The position numbers were made by a program, and so were the translations under genes. A model generated the notes under the pieces. It did not search any database, was not told the DNA's origin, and worked only from the letters and a program-made list of their open reading frames with translations. Positions 38,428-52,488 of a stretch of 64,000 nt of DNA are shown one piece after another. Numbering within the stretch: the first letter of the stretch is position 1; the number at the start of each line of letters is the position of its first letter. The stretch is from Epiperipatus broadwayi (Eukaryota > Animalia > Onychophora), in contig JAQFVV010000006.1 in the NCBI GenBank assembly GCA_028023455.1, forward strand, positions 7,812,001 through 7,876,000. Reading direction: 5' to 3'.

Positions 38428-40010
38428 TTCAACATGTGTGTGATCAGGTGGGTCAGCAATATGAGATGGCACTGAGAGTAGTGGATCATGTGAAAGTCTG
38501 AGTTCGAATCCCGCATATATTACATATATAAATGCAGGTTTAAGCCTGTACAATGCATTAACAAATGCTAGAGAAAATTCACATCTAATAAAAAATGATT
38601 AATGACCATTTATGCATTTATTGAAAAATGATTATTGTGAATATTTGTTTGTGAAACTTGGGTAATGCTTATCATTAAGTATACAATAATATTATGTGAT
38701 ATTTGAAAATCCAGGTAAAAATTTAACCTAAGTGAAGAGATTTGATCGATCAAATTTTATATTAGGAATACCTTGGGTTTTAATTATAACTTTTTCAAAT
38801 ACGTATAAGATTATGATATAGGTATAGAATAAGATAAAAAATTAAAAAGTATTGTCCCAATACAATTAATATTAAAAATGTATTTACATTTTATTAGATG
38901 TAAAACCTTTATTTACGATTATGTAAAAGGTAGTAATTGCTAAGTTAATAAAAAGATTAATAATCATTTATGATTTTATAATACTAACAATAAATTATAA
39001 TCTTGTGGGGCTGTGGCATCATGCCAACCTAACATAATAATGACTTGTGTTCAAACCCAGCTGTATAAAAGAAAAAGTTTTCTAGGTTTCAGTCAAACTT
39101 AAGATATTCCTTTCAGAGTATATAGCACATGGCCAACCTAGCTAATCATTCAAAATTGGTTAATAAATAAATATCTAGTGATTCTTAGTCATATAGTAAA
39201 TCAACAAAAAATCCTCTCAAATCCTCACCACTACTAATTGGAAAAGACTTGAGGGTTACCTCCTCATTCACTATTTTGGAAAAGTGGAGGTGTAGAAAAA
39301 AAGAAAAGCTATGCAGAGAACTATTTATGAGTAGACATTTTTTTTGTTTATATATTTATTTTTAAAAAAAGAATGTCATAAGGAGAGTTGCATAACATGC
39401 CTGCGTGATATGGGATTCAAGTATGGTTAAAATAAAATTATTTTCCATATAGCGCTGGTTAATAAGTGGGTATCTAACTATTTTTAACCCCCAAAAGATA
39501 AAATAAGTGTGAAAAACCATTCCAGCTTTCATTACCTTGCAAATGACACGCCTGTGTTCTTTCTCTTTCATTGTTTTATTATGAGTAGCTGTGAAAAATC
39601 CTTTTCCTTGCAATCCACTATTTTTTTCAATGCTATTACTCTTTTTTCATTAACTCACTGAAAATTGATTGCTGTAAATGAGTGTTAACCAAAAAAATAT
39701 AAAAATTAACTATGATAACTTCATAAGTAAAATGTTATTACTAATATGAAACCTTAAAGGAACCAAGATGGTAAACTCCTAATCTTTACAATGTATGTAG
39801 TTCTCACGACGGATGCATTATTGTGATTACTCATAATCATAAATAAACATAAATGGGCTGCTCACAAACATGCATAAGCCAGCATTGTGAATTTATTGGC
39901 CTTTCACCATGAGGTTCTAATCCCAATGAACACCATGGTATTTTTTTTTCACTTGGCTAATAGTTTTTAACTGTAATATTAATTAAGTTTTCTTAAAAGC
40001 ACCAGAATAT

Positions 40011-42287
40011 AAGGCAGTCCCCTATTTACGAATACTTGAGTTATAAACATTTCGCTATTATATAATTGCTTTTGGACTTTAGACCTTCATCTATGCACAT
40101 ACTTTCATGTATAATTAGTGCTATATACTGTAGAAAGAAATGGTTATTCAAAATTGTACAGTATTTTTGTACGTTAATAATTAAAGAATTCCTTTTAGTA
40201 ATTAAAGCTACAAATTTACAATATCTGATATAAAACTATTTACATACATTTGTAATTGAATTTTTTCTACAAAAAGATAAACTTTGGAATTTAGAAAATA
40301 ATTAAAAGTATATTTTAGAGAACAATAAAAACTTATATAAAATGCAGTAAATCTTCCCATTTCTCTGACATTAATTATTTTTATTTTTAGCATCATCACA
40401 AATTGTCTTGAACAGGATTGTCTTGATTAGCGCTTGTTTTTTAAAGTAGTTTGTGCGCAATTATGTTACATATACACTGTATATATTTCTGTTTTGGTGA
40501 ATTTTTATCATTCTTATTAATTAAAAACATGAGTAAGAAACAAAAAACAGCAGTGTTGATACAACCAAAAAAAAAAATCAAGGTCTCATAAACCCAAAAC
40601 GGTCAAGACAAAAATAGATATAATTAGATGTTCTGAAAATGGTGAATCTTTTGCTTCAATTGCACGTTCATGTAATTTAAACCGATCAACAATATATACA
40701 ATTATGAAAAACATGAACAAAATGAAGGAACATGTTAAAAATTGTGGAAATATTTCTTCAAAAATTTTTTCCAAAAAGATATGGCAGAGTAATGGATGAA
40801 ATAGATGGATTGAAGATCAACATCAAAAAGGCATCCCAGTGAGTTTGTCAATTAAGATTGGAATAAATAATTAAGAGAAGACTCTACTGTTGAATTTGTA
40901 GCAAGCAATGGCTGGTTTCACAAATTTAAAATGCGATATTCTTTACATAAGATTAAATGTACTGGGGAAGGTGCCAATGCAGATAAAAAAAACTTCCAGT
41001 GAATTTATTTTCACTTTCTCTAATATCATTAAAGATGGAGCTAATTTTCCATGCCTAGTCTTCAATGTAGATGACACATGATTATTTTGGTAAAAGATGC
41101 CCGTATGAACATATTTAGTAAAGGAAGAATCAGTTGCACCTGAGAATAAACCTTCTAAAATTAGATTATTATTGCTTCTTGGGGGTAATTTAGCTGGTGA
41201 TTTTAAATTGAAGTCGATGCTAATTTCTAAGAAAAAAAATTGTAGAGTATTGAAAGGAAAAGATAAAGGAATGCTTCTAGTCATTAGGAAATCAAATACT
41301 AAAGCCTGGACTACTGCACAGCTTTTTTGAGAGTGGTTCTCACATCATTTTGTGTCCTCTGTTAGGCAATATTGTAGTGAGAATAATTTACCATTTAAAA
41401 CATTATTGCTCTTTGACAATTAACTTGGACATCCAAAATCTCTGCAAAATTTATATCCAGAAGTAAATGTTGTGTTTATCCCTCCTAATACCACAAGTGA
41501 AATTCAAGCTATGGACCAAACTGTGATAGCCATTTTAAGTGATATTATATGAGAAGATTAATGACTCAAGCAATCAAGGCAATTGACAAGGAAGGTGGAT
41601 CTAAATTAAGAGATTTTTGGAAAAGTTATAATATATGGAATGCAATAAATATTATTGGGGATGTGTGGGCTAAAATAAGAGAGTCAACTATGAAAGATTA
41701 TTGGAAAAAATATAGCCACAAATGATGAATGCTTCTATGGACATTGAAGTAACTCCTGAAGATATCACAATAACTAGTCAATACAATGAATGAATTAAGT
41801 TTAGATGTCACTGATGAAGATATTGATGAGTTAATGCAATCTCACTCAGAACCTCTGTTAAATGAAGACTTGATTAAACTACAAGAGATGAATGAAATGA
41901 AATACAAAATGAAGAAGAATCTGATAATGAACTTATTGTTAAGAGTTTGACAATCAAGAATATGAATGAAGCCTTCACGTACCTTGACAAATTTTTGACC
42001 ATCATGGCAGAATGTAATCCCAATGGAGAGCATATATCTCGTGTACAAGGGTAATAGAAAAAGACATAGAATTTTACACAATTCTTTATCAACAGAAGAA
42101 AAGGAATACTATTCAATTAACTCTTGCTAAATTTGTAGACAAAACTCCAGATACTAATCAATAAAAAATAAATACTGTATTTTGAAAACCCTTTTTAATG
42201 TTTTTTTATATACATCTACTTTCAAACAATTTCAACTTCCAAACAAATGTCAGGAACCAATTAAGTTTGTAACTAGGAGACTGCCTG
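40011..42287 (+). mobile_element. Full-length decayed Tigger/pogo DNA transposon (~2.28 kb)
   Basis: TIRs aggcagtcccctatttacgaa / tttgtaactaggagactgcctg followed by TA; transposase remnant inside. Confidence 0.9.
40529..42150 (+). pseudogene. Tigger-type transposase (CENP-B HTH + DDE_1), multiple stops and frameshifts
   Basis: IDIIRCSENGESFASIARS, ASNGWFHKFK, VFNVDDT.LFW.KMP, SKIRLLLLLGGN..GDFKLK and PPNTTS.IQ.MDQ motifs. Confidence 0.9.
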
Positions 42288-44253
42288 TATATGGGGATGT
42301 CCTTTTTTAAGGCTTTTATAATTATGACAGATAAAACTAAATTGAGGCCCATATTCTTAGAAAAGTATAAAGTGACCAGACAAGGCAGGAGTTGTTGGCT
42401 GAAAATAAAAAAATATTGAGGCTCCATATTGCCATTTGGCAATAAAAGTTTATGTTACTATGCATTACATACAATAACAGTTCACTTTTAAGTTAAGAAA
42501 GATTACATGAATTGGAAAATAAATACTGCATATGAGATGCAGAGTTGATATGAAAAGTGGACATATACTTTACTACGAACACAACTATAGTAAGCATGAG
42601 TATTGTAGAATTGATTATGAATAAAAAATGGGAGATGGGGAACATAATGGAAATTGACGATATATCAGAAAACGTGACAAGATTAGTTATTTGATTTAAT
42701 AAACAAAATCTCTCAAATGCACATAATTCAGGTTTATGCCCCAACGGGTTATATTTGACATGAAAAAAGAAGAGCATTTTTATACGAGTTTACAAAATGC
42801 TTTTGATTAAGTTGAACAATGTTTTAAAATTGCTGTGGGAGATTTTAATGCTGCAATTGGAAAATAATGGAAAGTTGAAAGAGTAGTGGAAATAAATTTA
42901 ACTATGATGACAGAAATGGGGCACAGACATGATGGAATTTGCTATAAAAGAAAAAGTTTGTCATACAAATTATTTCTTTGAGAAAAATACTAAACGGAAA
43001 TCGATATGGAAACATCTCAATGAAGAAACAGCACAACTGGACTATAGTTCTGAGTAAAATGAAATACGTATTACAAGATTCAATATATGAATTAATCATC
43101 ACTTGGAAAAATGTAAAATTATGTGTCAATGCAAAACTAGAGACAAACACTATTAACAAAAATGGTGTCAACCAGTGATATTCCTAACAAACCACTCCCG
43201 TTAATTCAAATTAGAAATCACTAATCACTTTGAAATACTGACAGACTTTGAAGATGTTTGCCGAAAGTTTATAGTGTTTGCATTAGATTTGTAATTAGAT
43301 GTTGGACAATTTCCACTTTTAGAATTAGTTATTAAAATTACCACATATCAGAAATTTCAATTTTTATTTAGGTTGGGTATATTTAAAAAGTTTAAATAAA
43401 ATTTGAATCTTTCTGAAAGCATTTAACATTAATTATAGATGATGGAAATAATCTAATATATAAATACAATACGAAAAGGCTTCAATGGTAAATTGCGCTC
43501 ATTGGAGGTACTAAGAATGGCAATAAAGATATCTGGTGCAAAGAGTCAGCAATTTTCCAGTAAATTTTCACCTGAGACAAACAATATATAAAGAAGAAAA
43601 AATGAACATGAAAATATTTAAGAAGAATCTATTAAGAAGAATCACATATCTGAAGTTTAGAAGGATTAAAAAAAGTATTAATGATGATATAGAAAATGTA
43701 ACTATATATAAGCAAGGAAAGGGATAGAAGAGAATAAAAATTTCAAAAATATAAAACAACATCTTGATATTGAAAGAAAAAGTCAATGAAATGAAAAAAA
43801 AATTAAACCATTATTAAAAAGAGAATAATATCATGAAATATGTGAAAGAGCTCTACAGAGAATTATGTAATAAAGAATAAAAACAAATTAACCATTACAA
43901 TTATTATTTGAAGTGCAAGCAACATAAATAAAAAACTGAGATATGTAACTTACATCTATTCAAAAATGATGAATTTATTATTGGCATCTTTAAAAAAAAC
44001 AGGTGAAGAATAAATACCAATGACTAAATACTAAAGATATACCAGATGCTTAGTTATGAGCAGTAATAACATCAATATTTAAAAAAGATAATAAAATATT
44101 AAAAATTATATACCGGTCAGTTCTATTCAAAATCTATGCCAAATTATTACAATTTGTTTATGACAAACTTTGGATTCAAATCAACTAAAAAAAAAAACAT
44201 TATATGATCATCATTTTATATGCTTACACAAGCTGAAAATAACAATAGCAAAC

Positions 44254-44644
44254 TCTGCAGACAGTAGTGCCATCAAGTGCAAGCCTTTGCAATCAATGGA
44301 TTCAGGAAGATTTATGCATAAAATCCCTATCTAGTGCCTACTCATCCAATATCCCCAGAGTAGTTTCTAGCTTGTGGTTTTCATTAGTGAGAAGTCTTGG
44401 ATATGAGAGCACTGCACTTAGATTTATAATGAACAAATAGGTAAAAGGTGGCGGATGGAGGATTGAATTAGAATCTAGGCGCAGTGCTTTCAAATCCAAG
44501 GCTCCTCAATGATGAAATCCACAAGCTAGAAACTAGGCTGGGGATATTGGATGAGTAGGCCCTAAATAGGGATTTTATGCATACAAACCTTTCTGCAATC
44601 ATTGATTATGAAGGCTTGCACTTGATAGCACTACTGTATGCAGA
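44254..44644. mobile_element. Family B2 fold-back (~170-bp arms, ~46-nt loop), one decayed HHR per arm
   Basis: Arms 44254-44425 and 44472-44644; cores at 44381-44387 (-) and 44509-44515 (+), each followed by GCUA-GAAA-CUA. Confidence 0.85.
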
Positions 44645-44645
44645 A

Positions 44646-44753
44646 TCAGGCATTGTTAGCTGAGAGGTCAGCACAGCAGATAGTTGCTGCGGGTGTTGCA
44701 GACAGTTGCAGGTTCGCTTTCCAGCCGATGCTATGACATATGGGGAAAAAAAA
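44646..44753 (+). mobile_element. tRNA-Gly-like short SINE
   Basis: ttgttagctgagagg...ggttcgctttccagccgatgctatgac with an A tail. Confidence 0.8.
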
Positions 44754-47221
44754 GAACAGGGTTGGTTTGGTTTTAAAACAGCAGATAATATTCAAGGATT
44801 GAGAGAATTTATAGAAAATAACCAAGAATGATCATCAAGATATATCTGTTTTTGTCCTGCACAGGTTGGTATTGTTAATAGAGCATCCGACTTGGGGTCG
44901 AAGTTCAAGGATTGATTCTGGTGCTCTTGTGAACTCATAGGCAATAATGCCTGCCACATGCCTTTTTTTTTATCTGAATATGAACACATTCTGAAGAATA
45001 TTCACCCAAATTCAGTAGTGATGATTAAATTACATGATGATGATGATAAGATTAAGGTTAAAAAGGTTGTACAATAGTATGATTGTATATCTCCAATACT
45101 TTTTAAACATGTTTTATAAAAAAATACTGTGTGAATTAAAGTGGAAATCCAAGAGAATAAAAATATATGAAGATCAATAAATCATTTAGATTTTGCATAT
45201 GATGTTGAAAATAATACTTGAGTTTTAGGAAATGTTGTAAGCATTATTAGATGAAAATAAAAAGGTAGGACTAAAGATAAAATACTAAAAAGACTAAAGT
45301 AATATTTAATTGATGGTTTTCTCCTTTTCTCTGAAGAAGAAAATAAAGATAGATAACCATGAATTAAAAGAAATTAACAATTACAAATACTTTGTCAGAT
45401 TATTAATATAGATGGAAACAATAATGGATGAAATGAATTGTAGAATTAAACTTGAATAAAGTGTTTTTGATAGAAATAACTACATTTTAAAAAAAATTAT
45501 GCCTATGTCTTGGATATGGAAGGCTTTTAGTAGATGTGTTTTACTATTTTTATTATAAATCTGAGACTTGGAGATTTAGTAGAAAAGCAATACAAAATTA
45601 ATCATGAAATATGGACAGACATATGTTAGGAGTAAAGACAAGAAACTGAAAGACAAATACTTAGGTAAAAAAATGAACAAATATCAATTTCATTATTTAC
45701 AGAATAAGAAGCTAAAATGGAGTTGGAGTCGACATATTGCTAAAAGGAATGATAATAAGTGGACGTTTGAAATCTTAAATTGTATCTATGAGATTGTTAA
45801 AAAACTAGAAAGAAAACACCTGTGAGATAGATGGATGTTTATTGATGTGATATAGATAAGACAAATTATAGATAATAAAAAAACTGGCTTATATTCAGAG
45901 AGATCAGTGGATCATTATTAGAAATGATAACAATGTCTAAAACTGTGAATAAAAACTGTCTTCGAAAAGATGCTCGTCACCGAAAGTATATTAAGGTTGT
46001 ATTCTATATTTGCGAGGTTGTCTCTGAATACTTAATATTAGAATTGTCATTAATTTATTAAAACTAAATATGTGTAATATACATCAATAAACACAAAAGA
46101 GCAATGTAAGGCGTTGGAATATTGTTGTCGGATATGGATTTAACTGAAAAAAATCTGATTGATCAAAAATGTACATTAGCGTCCACAAGTACAGCTTTTT
46201 CTAATGTAAATAAGAGGACAATAGGTCTATTGGTATTAAAAAAAATCTGGACTATAAACAAACAAATGAAATCCCCACTTCACAATTGATAGGTGCTTAA
46301 AGAAAATTTGTATAGCATTTAAATTTCACGATTTTTAAAAAGTGAATGATGTATTAGTATAAAATGCAGAATATAACGAACAAAGATTTTTTATATTGTT
46401 CTAATCGTTCGTTATAATATCCCCTCTTCCCTGTCTCCAATGTTGGGAAAAAATTAACTTGAAAAAAAAAATCTTAAAAAATAAAATATTCACTTTCAAC
46501 AAATATTGATTTACCTTTCGCTTCTCTCTCAAAATATTTAAGTATTTGATTATAGGCAATCCGCTAGCAGTTTTATTGAATTTTGTTTTATTTTATTTTT
46601 TAAAAAAAAGGGTATATATATATATGGGGGGGGGGGTCTATTACATTTTTTATTACTATTATTAAATTGATTAAATTACTTGTATTTGCTAAAGCATTCA
46701 TTTACAGATTAGTAACGGTTTTTAATGATCGTTATTAAATCAGTTTCTTTTTTTATGTAAAAAAATTAATTATGCTTTATATAATGCTATTTTAAAAGAA
46801 TTTGCTCAAGAACTGTCTTTTTTCCTTCAACAGATGCTTTTATGTTCAATCAGACAGCAAAGTGCATAAAAACTGGATTTAATGCAATAATTTCATAAAC
46901 AACATTAACCTCCAAAACGAAATCGCTTTATACGATACACATTAAAATTTAATAACGTAATACCAGCAGAAAAAATTTACGTGAGCAATAGTACTTCGTA
47001 ATTTACTAATAAAATCAATTTATATAGTTCCTACACCTTTTCTTTTATATTTTTTAACGTACTTATTTCTTTTATCCTTTTTACTTATTTATTTCCTGCC
47101 TCTTTCCTTAATTTCTTTTTTCTTTTTCTTCTTCATATATATATCGTAAAGCATTACGATTCATATACCACTTCAGTGTTCCAAGAACTTCTTAAGAATT
47201 GTCTAGCAAAAAACCAAATGA

Positions 47222-47575
47222 TTATTAATAACTGAAACACACGCTTATCTCGGCCTCAGGGTGGCCTTTGAGCGTTCCATCATCAGATTTTCAATTGGAT
47301 GGACGGTTGAAGAGTTGGAGTGAGGAGTAGATTGAAGCCTGTCCATTAAAGTATGAAGATTGCCTATCTTAATATATATCTGAGCACTTGTAGCATATAT
47401 GTGTGGAGATGGTAATCTGGACCAGCTGATGATTACTGGTTTAGCATGAAATACGCATATTGGTGATTATTTATCTTTTCAACATATATGTGTTCAGGGG
47501 TTTCAGTGTTATGAGATAGAATGGAGAGTGGTGAGTGCTGTGAAAATCTGTGCTCATATACCCTATATATTACAA
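47222..47575 (+). mobile_element. Family A1 unit with a short 5' inverted stub
   Basis: Body closely matches 52820-53140; 47222-47248 is the reverse complement of the unit end (ataagc.tgtgtttcagtt). Confidence 0.85.
47406..47477 (+). ncRNA. Type I hammerhead ribozyme (A1), near intact
   Basis: GAGAU-GGUAAUC-UGG-ACCAG-CUGAUGA-UUACUG/GUU/UAGCAU-GAAA-UACGC-AUA-UUGGU-GAUUAUU-U-AUCUU; one stem II mismatch. Confidence 0.8.
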
Positions 47576-49431
47576 ATGATTATTGTAATCGCATCATGTT
47601 ATAAATTTAAAAATAAAATCCTTCTGCTTTTTCTTTCTTTATATATATAATAAATATCATAATGGATTGAGATTATAACTCTCATATCTGATGGTCAAAC
47701 TTACTAGAACTCAGAGAAATATATCATTGGATTATCATCGCTGGGAGAAATATATCATTGAATTATCATTCACATTGAATTTAAAAAATGCAATAAAAAT
47801 ATTAATCGAAAAATTCGTAAGACATGCCAAAATAAGTACTTTTGATTACGTAATTGTATTCATGATCAACTTCAAATAACAGGTACAAAAATCATGTGAC
47901 ACCCCAAGTCTGATGTAGGTTTACGCTCCCCTCCTGCAAGTACTTCATGCAGAGCAATCTAAAGAAAACAAGAACAAGAGATAGCCTGATAACCCCTAAG
48001 GTTACTTTTACCATGACTTGGAACATGCTGGATTTATCATCTCCATGGCCCAACCAATAGCAGAATGCTCCAAAAAGGAGAAAACAGAAGAGTAATTGAC
48101 TCAAATTCGGGTAAACCAAATGAAGGAATGAGAAAACACTTTAAACAAACTATGTACCAAATAACCTCTAATGTAATAATATAATATTTAATACATTATT
48201 TTGGAAACTACAATTTGAGAAGCAAAGACATAATATTATTTGTAGAATAAAGCACTTTTGTGGAGCTTTGCATATGAGTGAATCCCCACACTCATTCGTA
48301 AATAGTTTTAACAAGAACTATTTATCATGCAATAAAATCAAAGCACTAAAAGTACCAGATATTTTCTTAGATCATAAACTAATTTACAATCACAAACTTA
48401 TTTTTGATTTATATTACGATAGAAGAACAGAATGAAGCTCACGATAGAAGAACAAAATGAAGCAGTAAGTTATTTAATCTTTTAAATCAGTAGGCAAATG
48501 TAAAGCTACAACAAAATTGAAATATCATATGATTTTTCAAAGCAGTTATGCCAAATTGTTAACGATTGTGATATACAACTAAAGTATTTCTAAACATCAC
48601 ATGATCACTATTTCTTATGCTTGCTCAGAGTGGCACTACTGCATGGAGAGTTTAGCCTGTTTTAATAAAGTATTTCTTCGATACATTTCATTATCTAATA
48701 TTATTCTATTTTTAAATGCTTTATTTAATTAGAAACTCCATATGTTTGATTAGTATTCATTTTGTAGTAGAGTTGCAACAGACTTCTATGAAATGGATTT
48801 CCTTCAAATTTTGCACACATGTTAAAAATCAATGGTGATGTGATATGACTAAAAAATATTTCAAAGTAGATCTCATATTTGTTTACTTAGTAGAGGTGTT
48901 AATGGACCAAATTTCAAACATATTGACATCGGTTTTGTAAGTTGTCCATAATGTGCATGAGAGGACAATATATATTTTCAATCACTTTTAATTACAAAAA
49001 GGTCCACTAAAAAGTATTAACAACCAATTAAAATAGATGCAAAAACAAATCTCATTTTTAATTATTTGTAAAAGTTGCTTTTTTTAAAAAAAATGAATGA
49101 AATTTTATTTTGCTTTCATTATAATTTTGTTTTTCTTTAAATGTTTCCTTCATAAATAAAATAATACTGGAATTGATTTTAAAAGTGCCTTGAATTTCCT
49201 TTAAAATGTTATACAGATTTTGTTGTTTTTATTCTTTATTTTAAATAGAAATAATTAAAAAAATATCTGAGTATTTAATAATTAAAAATAATATATATAT
49301 ATAAAATATTTTATAATAAATATTTTTATTTACTGTGCACTAAAAGGCCAAAAAAAAATTTTTTTTTCTTCAACCGTAATTGTTTTTTTTTTATATATAT
49401 ATTTTACTTGAAATAAAAGCATGGGCTATCC

Positions 49432-49542
49432 AGTCTTGCGTTGTTAGCCGAGAGGTATCGTAGCCGCCATGCAAGCAAGTAGTTGGTTGCAGACGGTTGT
49501 GGGTTCGCGTCTCGGCCGATGCTATGACATATGAAAAAAAAA
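49432..49542 (+). mobile_element. tRNA-Gly-like short SINE
   Basis: ttgttagccgagagg...gggttcgcgtctcggccgatgctatgac with an A tail. Confidence 0.8.
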
Positions 49543-49589
49543 ATTAATTAATTCAATCACTATTTTTTATATGTCATTGAATTAATTAG

Positions 49590-51560
49590 TTTCTGGACAC
49601 CAATGCTTTATTTCAAATTAAATATAAAAATTCTAATTGTGATTGATGAAGACAATTATTTTTGTGCTTTTTAATGCACACTGAAATAAAAGTGTTTATT
49701 AAAAAATATTATATATTGTTTTTATTTTTAAAAAAATATATATAATAAAAAAAACTGCAGAAAGGAATTTGCTATTAATTGAAAGGATACACTTTGATTT
49801 TTCTATAAGATTTTTAAAAGGACAAGCAGAACAAAGATCTAATGACAATCCCACACATTTTTGGTTATGCAGTTGTTATTACTATATAATTATTCACAGA
49901 GGCTAAACTCTCCACAGAGTAGTGCCATTCAGTGTAAACCAGAATAATCAATGGATGCAGGAAGGTTTGTACATAAAATCCCTACCTAGTGCCCACTAAT
50001 CCAATATCCCCAGACTAGTTTATAGTTTAGGTCTTTCATCAGTGAGGAGACTTGGATATGAGAGTACTGCATCTAGATCCTAGGATCTAATGCACAAAAA
50101 ATGGCAATCACGTGATATATGATTATGCATATGGTAAATAAAGCTGGATAAGATTTTAATCACTGGCTTTTTACATCTGAGTTTTAAAATTAATAAACAT
50201 AATAGTCTTAATTCTCAGTTGCCTGATAATTCTTAAGTGAAACGACAGTTGAGCTTTTTTAAAAGCAGAATGAAGATAGGTGCAGACAATCTATTTTATA
50301 GATATTTGTAATCATAATATATATAATTAAATTATAGCCCTTACTTTAAGACAGCTGTAAGATCACTAGCCAAAACAGCAGTTTGTGGCGAAAGCCATGG
50401 GTTACTAAAATGATTCTGGATCTACCTTCCCATTCAATGAAGATTTATACTTACAGCTATAATCACTTTTAAGTAAATGAAGATTGCATATATTTGAAAA
50501 AAAAATGTTTTACATTAAATAGAACATTGAAGGTCATTGTAATATTAGAATGTTAAAAGACAATAGATTTAAAAAGTGAACGTATACTTTAAAGCAATAA
50601 CCCAAATATTGGAGGTATAAATAGAATGGGATAAAACAGAGGTAAAACTCTCCATACAGTAGTCCCACTCAATGCAAACCAAAGTATGGATGGAAGATGG
50701 GTTGTGCATGAAATCCCTATCCAATGTCTCCAGACTGGTTTCTAGATTGTGGCTTTCATCAGTGTGACAGTTTGATCTGAAACATTGTACCTAGATTTTA
50801 GGATATTGGATGAATAGATGCTAGATAGGGACTTTATGCACAAACCTTCTTGCATCCAGTGATTACTCTGAATTGCACTGGGTGACACTACTGATTGAAT
50901 TATTTAATTTCTGAAGAGGCTATAATTTGATTTCAAGTTAAATATAAAAACTCCAATTATAGTTGAAGAAAATAAGTGTTTATTAACAAATATTATAAAT
51001 TGTTTTTAAATTTTAAATATATTTATAAAAAAAACTGCAGAAATGAATTTATTATTAATTAGAAAAAAAAACATACTTTGATTCTTCTATAAAGTTTTAA
51101 AAAGACCAAGCAGAGTAAATTAACCCCACACATTTTTAGTGGTGCAGTTGTTATTACTATATGATTATTCATATGGTAAATAAACATGGATGGAATGTTA
51201 ATCACTGACTTTTTATGTCTGATCTTAAAATTAATATAGTAGTGACACCCACAGCAATCCAGAATAATAAATGATGCAGGAAGGTAAAACCCTATCTAGT
51301 GATACTCATCCATTATCCCCAGATTAGTTTCTTCTAGCTTGTAGCTTTCATCAGAGAGGTTTGGATCTGAGAACATTGCATCTAGAACTTAGGATATTGG
51401 ATAAGTAGGTGCTAGGTAGGAACTTTATACACAGACCTTCTTGCACCCATTGATTACTCTGGATTGCACCAGGTGGCCCTACTAAAAGGATAGTTTTGCC
51501 TGTGTTTTATCAGCTTGGGTAAGGATAAGAAATGGTGACCATGTGGTGTTTAGTGGTTTA
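49590..51560. repeat. Diverged local duplication carrying three B2 copies (49900, 50640, 51240)
   Basis: 49590-49900 resembles 50930-51170; minus-strand HHR cores at 50036, 50756 and 51348, all with defects. Confidence 0.75.
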
Positions 51561-51569
51561 ATAGAATGA

Positions 51570-52040
51570 GATAAATTATAAATGAAAGGTGGAAGATCAA
51601 CATTGTGGAGAATGATGACATAATAGGCAGATTGAAAAGATTAGGTATTCCAATTAATGGTGGATTCCAAATTCAGACAATTTAAGCTTATGCCCTAGCA
51701 CTTATATGAATGTACAATATGTTTTTGATTAGACTAAATAACATTTTTAAAATGACATGAAGGACTTTAATGTTACAAATAACAAAAAATTGAAATATAA
51801 AAATGATGTGGGTAAATTTGGCTGTGGAAACAGAAATGAGCCTTATGGAGCTTGCTAAAAAAAAGCAAAAAATATATATTATGAATTCTTTCTTTGTAAA
51901 AATGTTAAATAGAAATGAAGATGTGAACATCCAAACGAAAGTAAAGAAGAACTGGATTGTATTTTGATTATCAGAAAATATGAATTTCAACATTACAATG
52001 CCCAAAATAGATTCAGCACTGGTATTTATCACTGACTGGT
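51570..52040 (+). pseudogene. RTE LINE endonuclease fragment
   Basis: AYA, GDFN-like (gaaggactttaat), GKFGCGNRNE, YIMNSFF and LDCILI motifs. Confidence 0.7.
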
Positions 52041-52416
52041 GAAATATAAGATATATGTTAAAGAGATGTAATTATATTTTATTGAGCGCACAGGAAATAT
52101 ATGTAAACATTTATATGACAGGCTTTAACCTGTATCACATGCACCTTGAAATTTTTATAATAGTCAAGCAATATTATTTTGCTGATAGAGGGACCTCACA
52201 AACCATGACCCAAAAAGCTGGAGAAACAGAAATTATTAAGAAAGGTACCATTTACAGTTGACATATCTAATTCTCAAAAGCACTCTGATAAATTATGATT
52301 AGAATGTACCCACCAATTTAAAATATTAAAAAAATTTGATGGTAATTCACATTTGACTGAAATCGATAAAAATGATAATTAATATTCTATTAAAAACTGA
52401 ACACATATATGTTGAA

Positions 52417-52488
52417 AAGATAAATAATCACAATATATGTATTTCATGCTAAACTAGCAATCATCAGTTGGTCCAGATTACCATCTCT
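52417..52488 (-). ncRNA. Type I hammerhead ribozyme (A1)
   Basis: ACCAA-CUGAUGA-UUGCUA/GUU/UAGCAU-GAAA-UACAU-AUA-UUGUG; 1-nt deletion in stem I. Confidence 0.75.

Larger units (their letters stand above)
36949..38545 (+). mobile_element. Family A1 unit with a 5' inverted tail, interrupted by a hAT MITE
   Basis: 36949-37053 is almost identical to the reverse complement of 38406-38510; body at 37054-37228 resumes at ~38371. Confidence 0.85.
42560..45920 (+). mobile_element. Long decayed RTE LINE with nested B2 palindrome and SINE
   Basis: IQVYAPT (~42725), VGDFNAAIG (~42835), RT start near 44110-44190 and KWSWSRHIAKR (~45715) in colinear order. Confidence 0.7.

Noticed and set aside
44860-44960. 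tRNA-Pro-like SINE
   Set aside because: A and B boxes are too degenerate and there is no clear second copy.
45955-45995. HHR-like gaaaagatg...ccgaaa
   Set aside because: Lacks the CUGA core and a pairable stem II.
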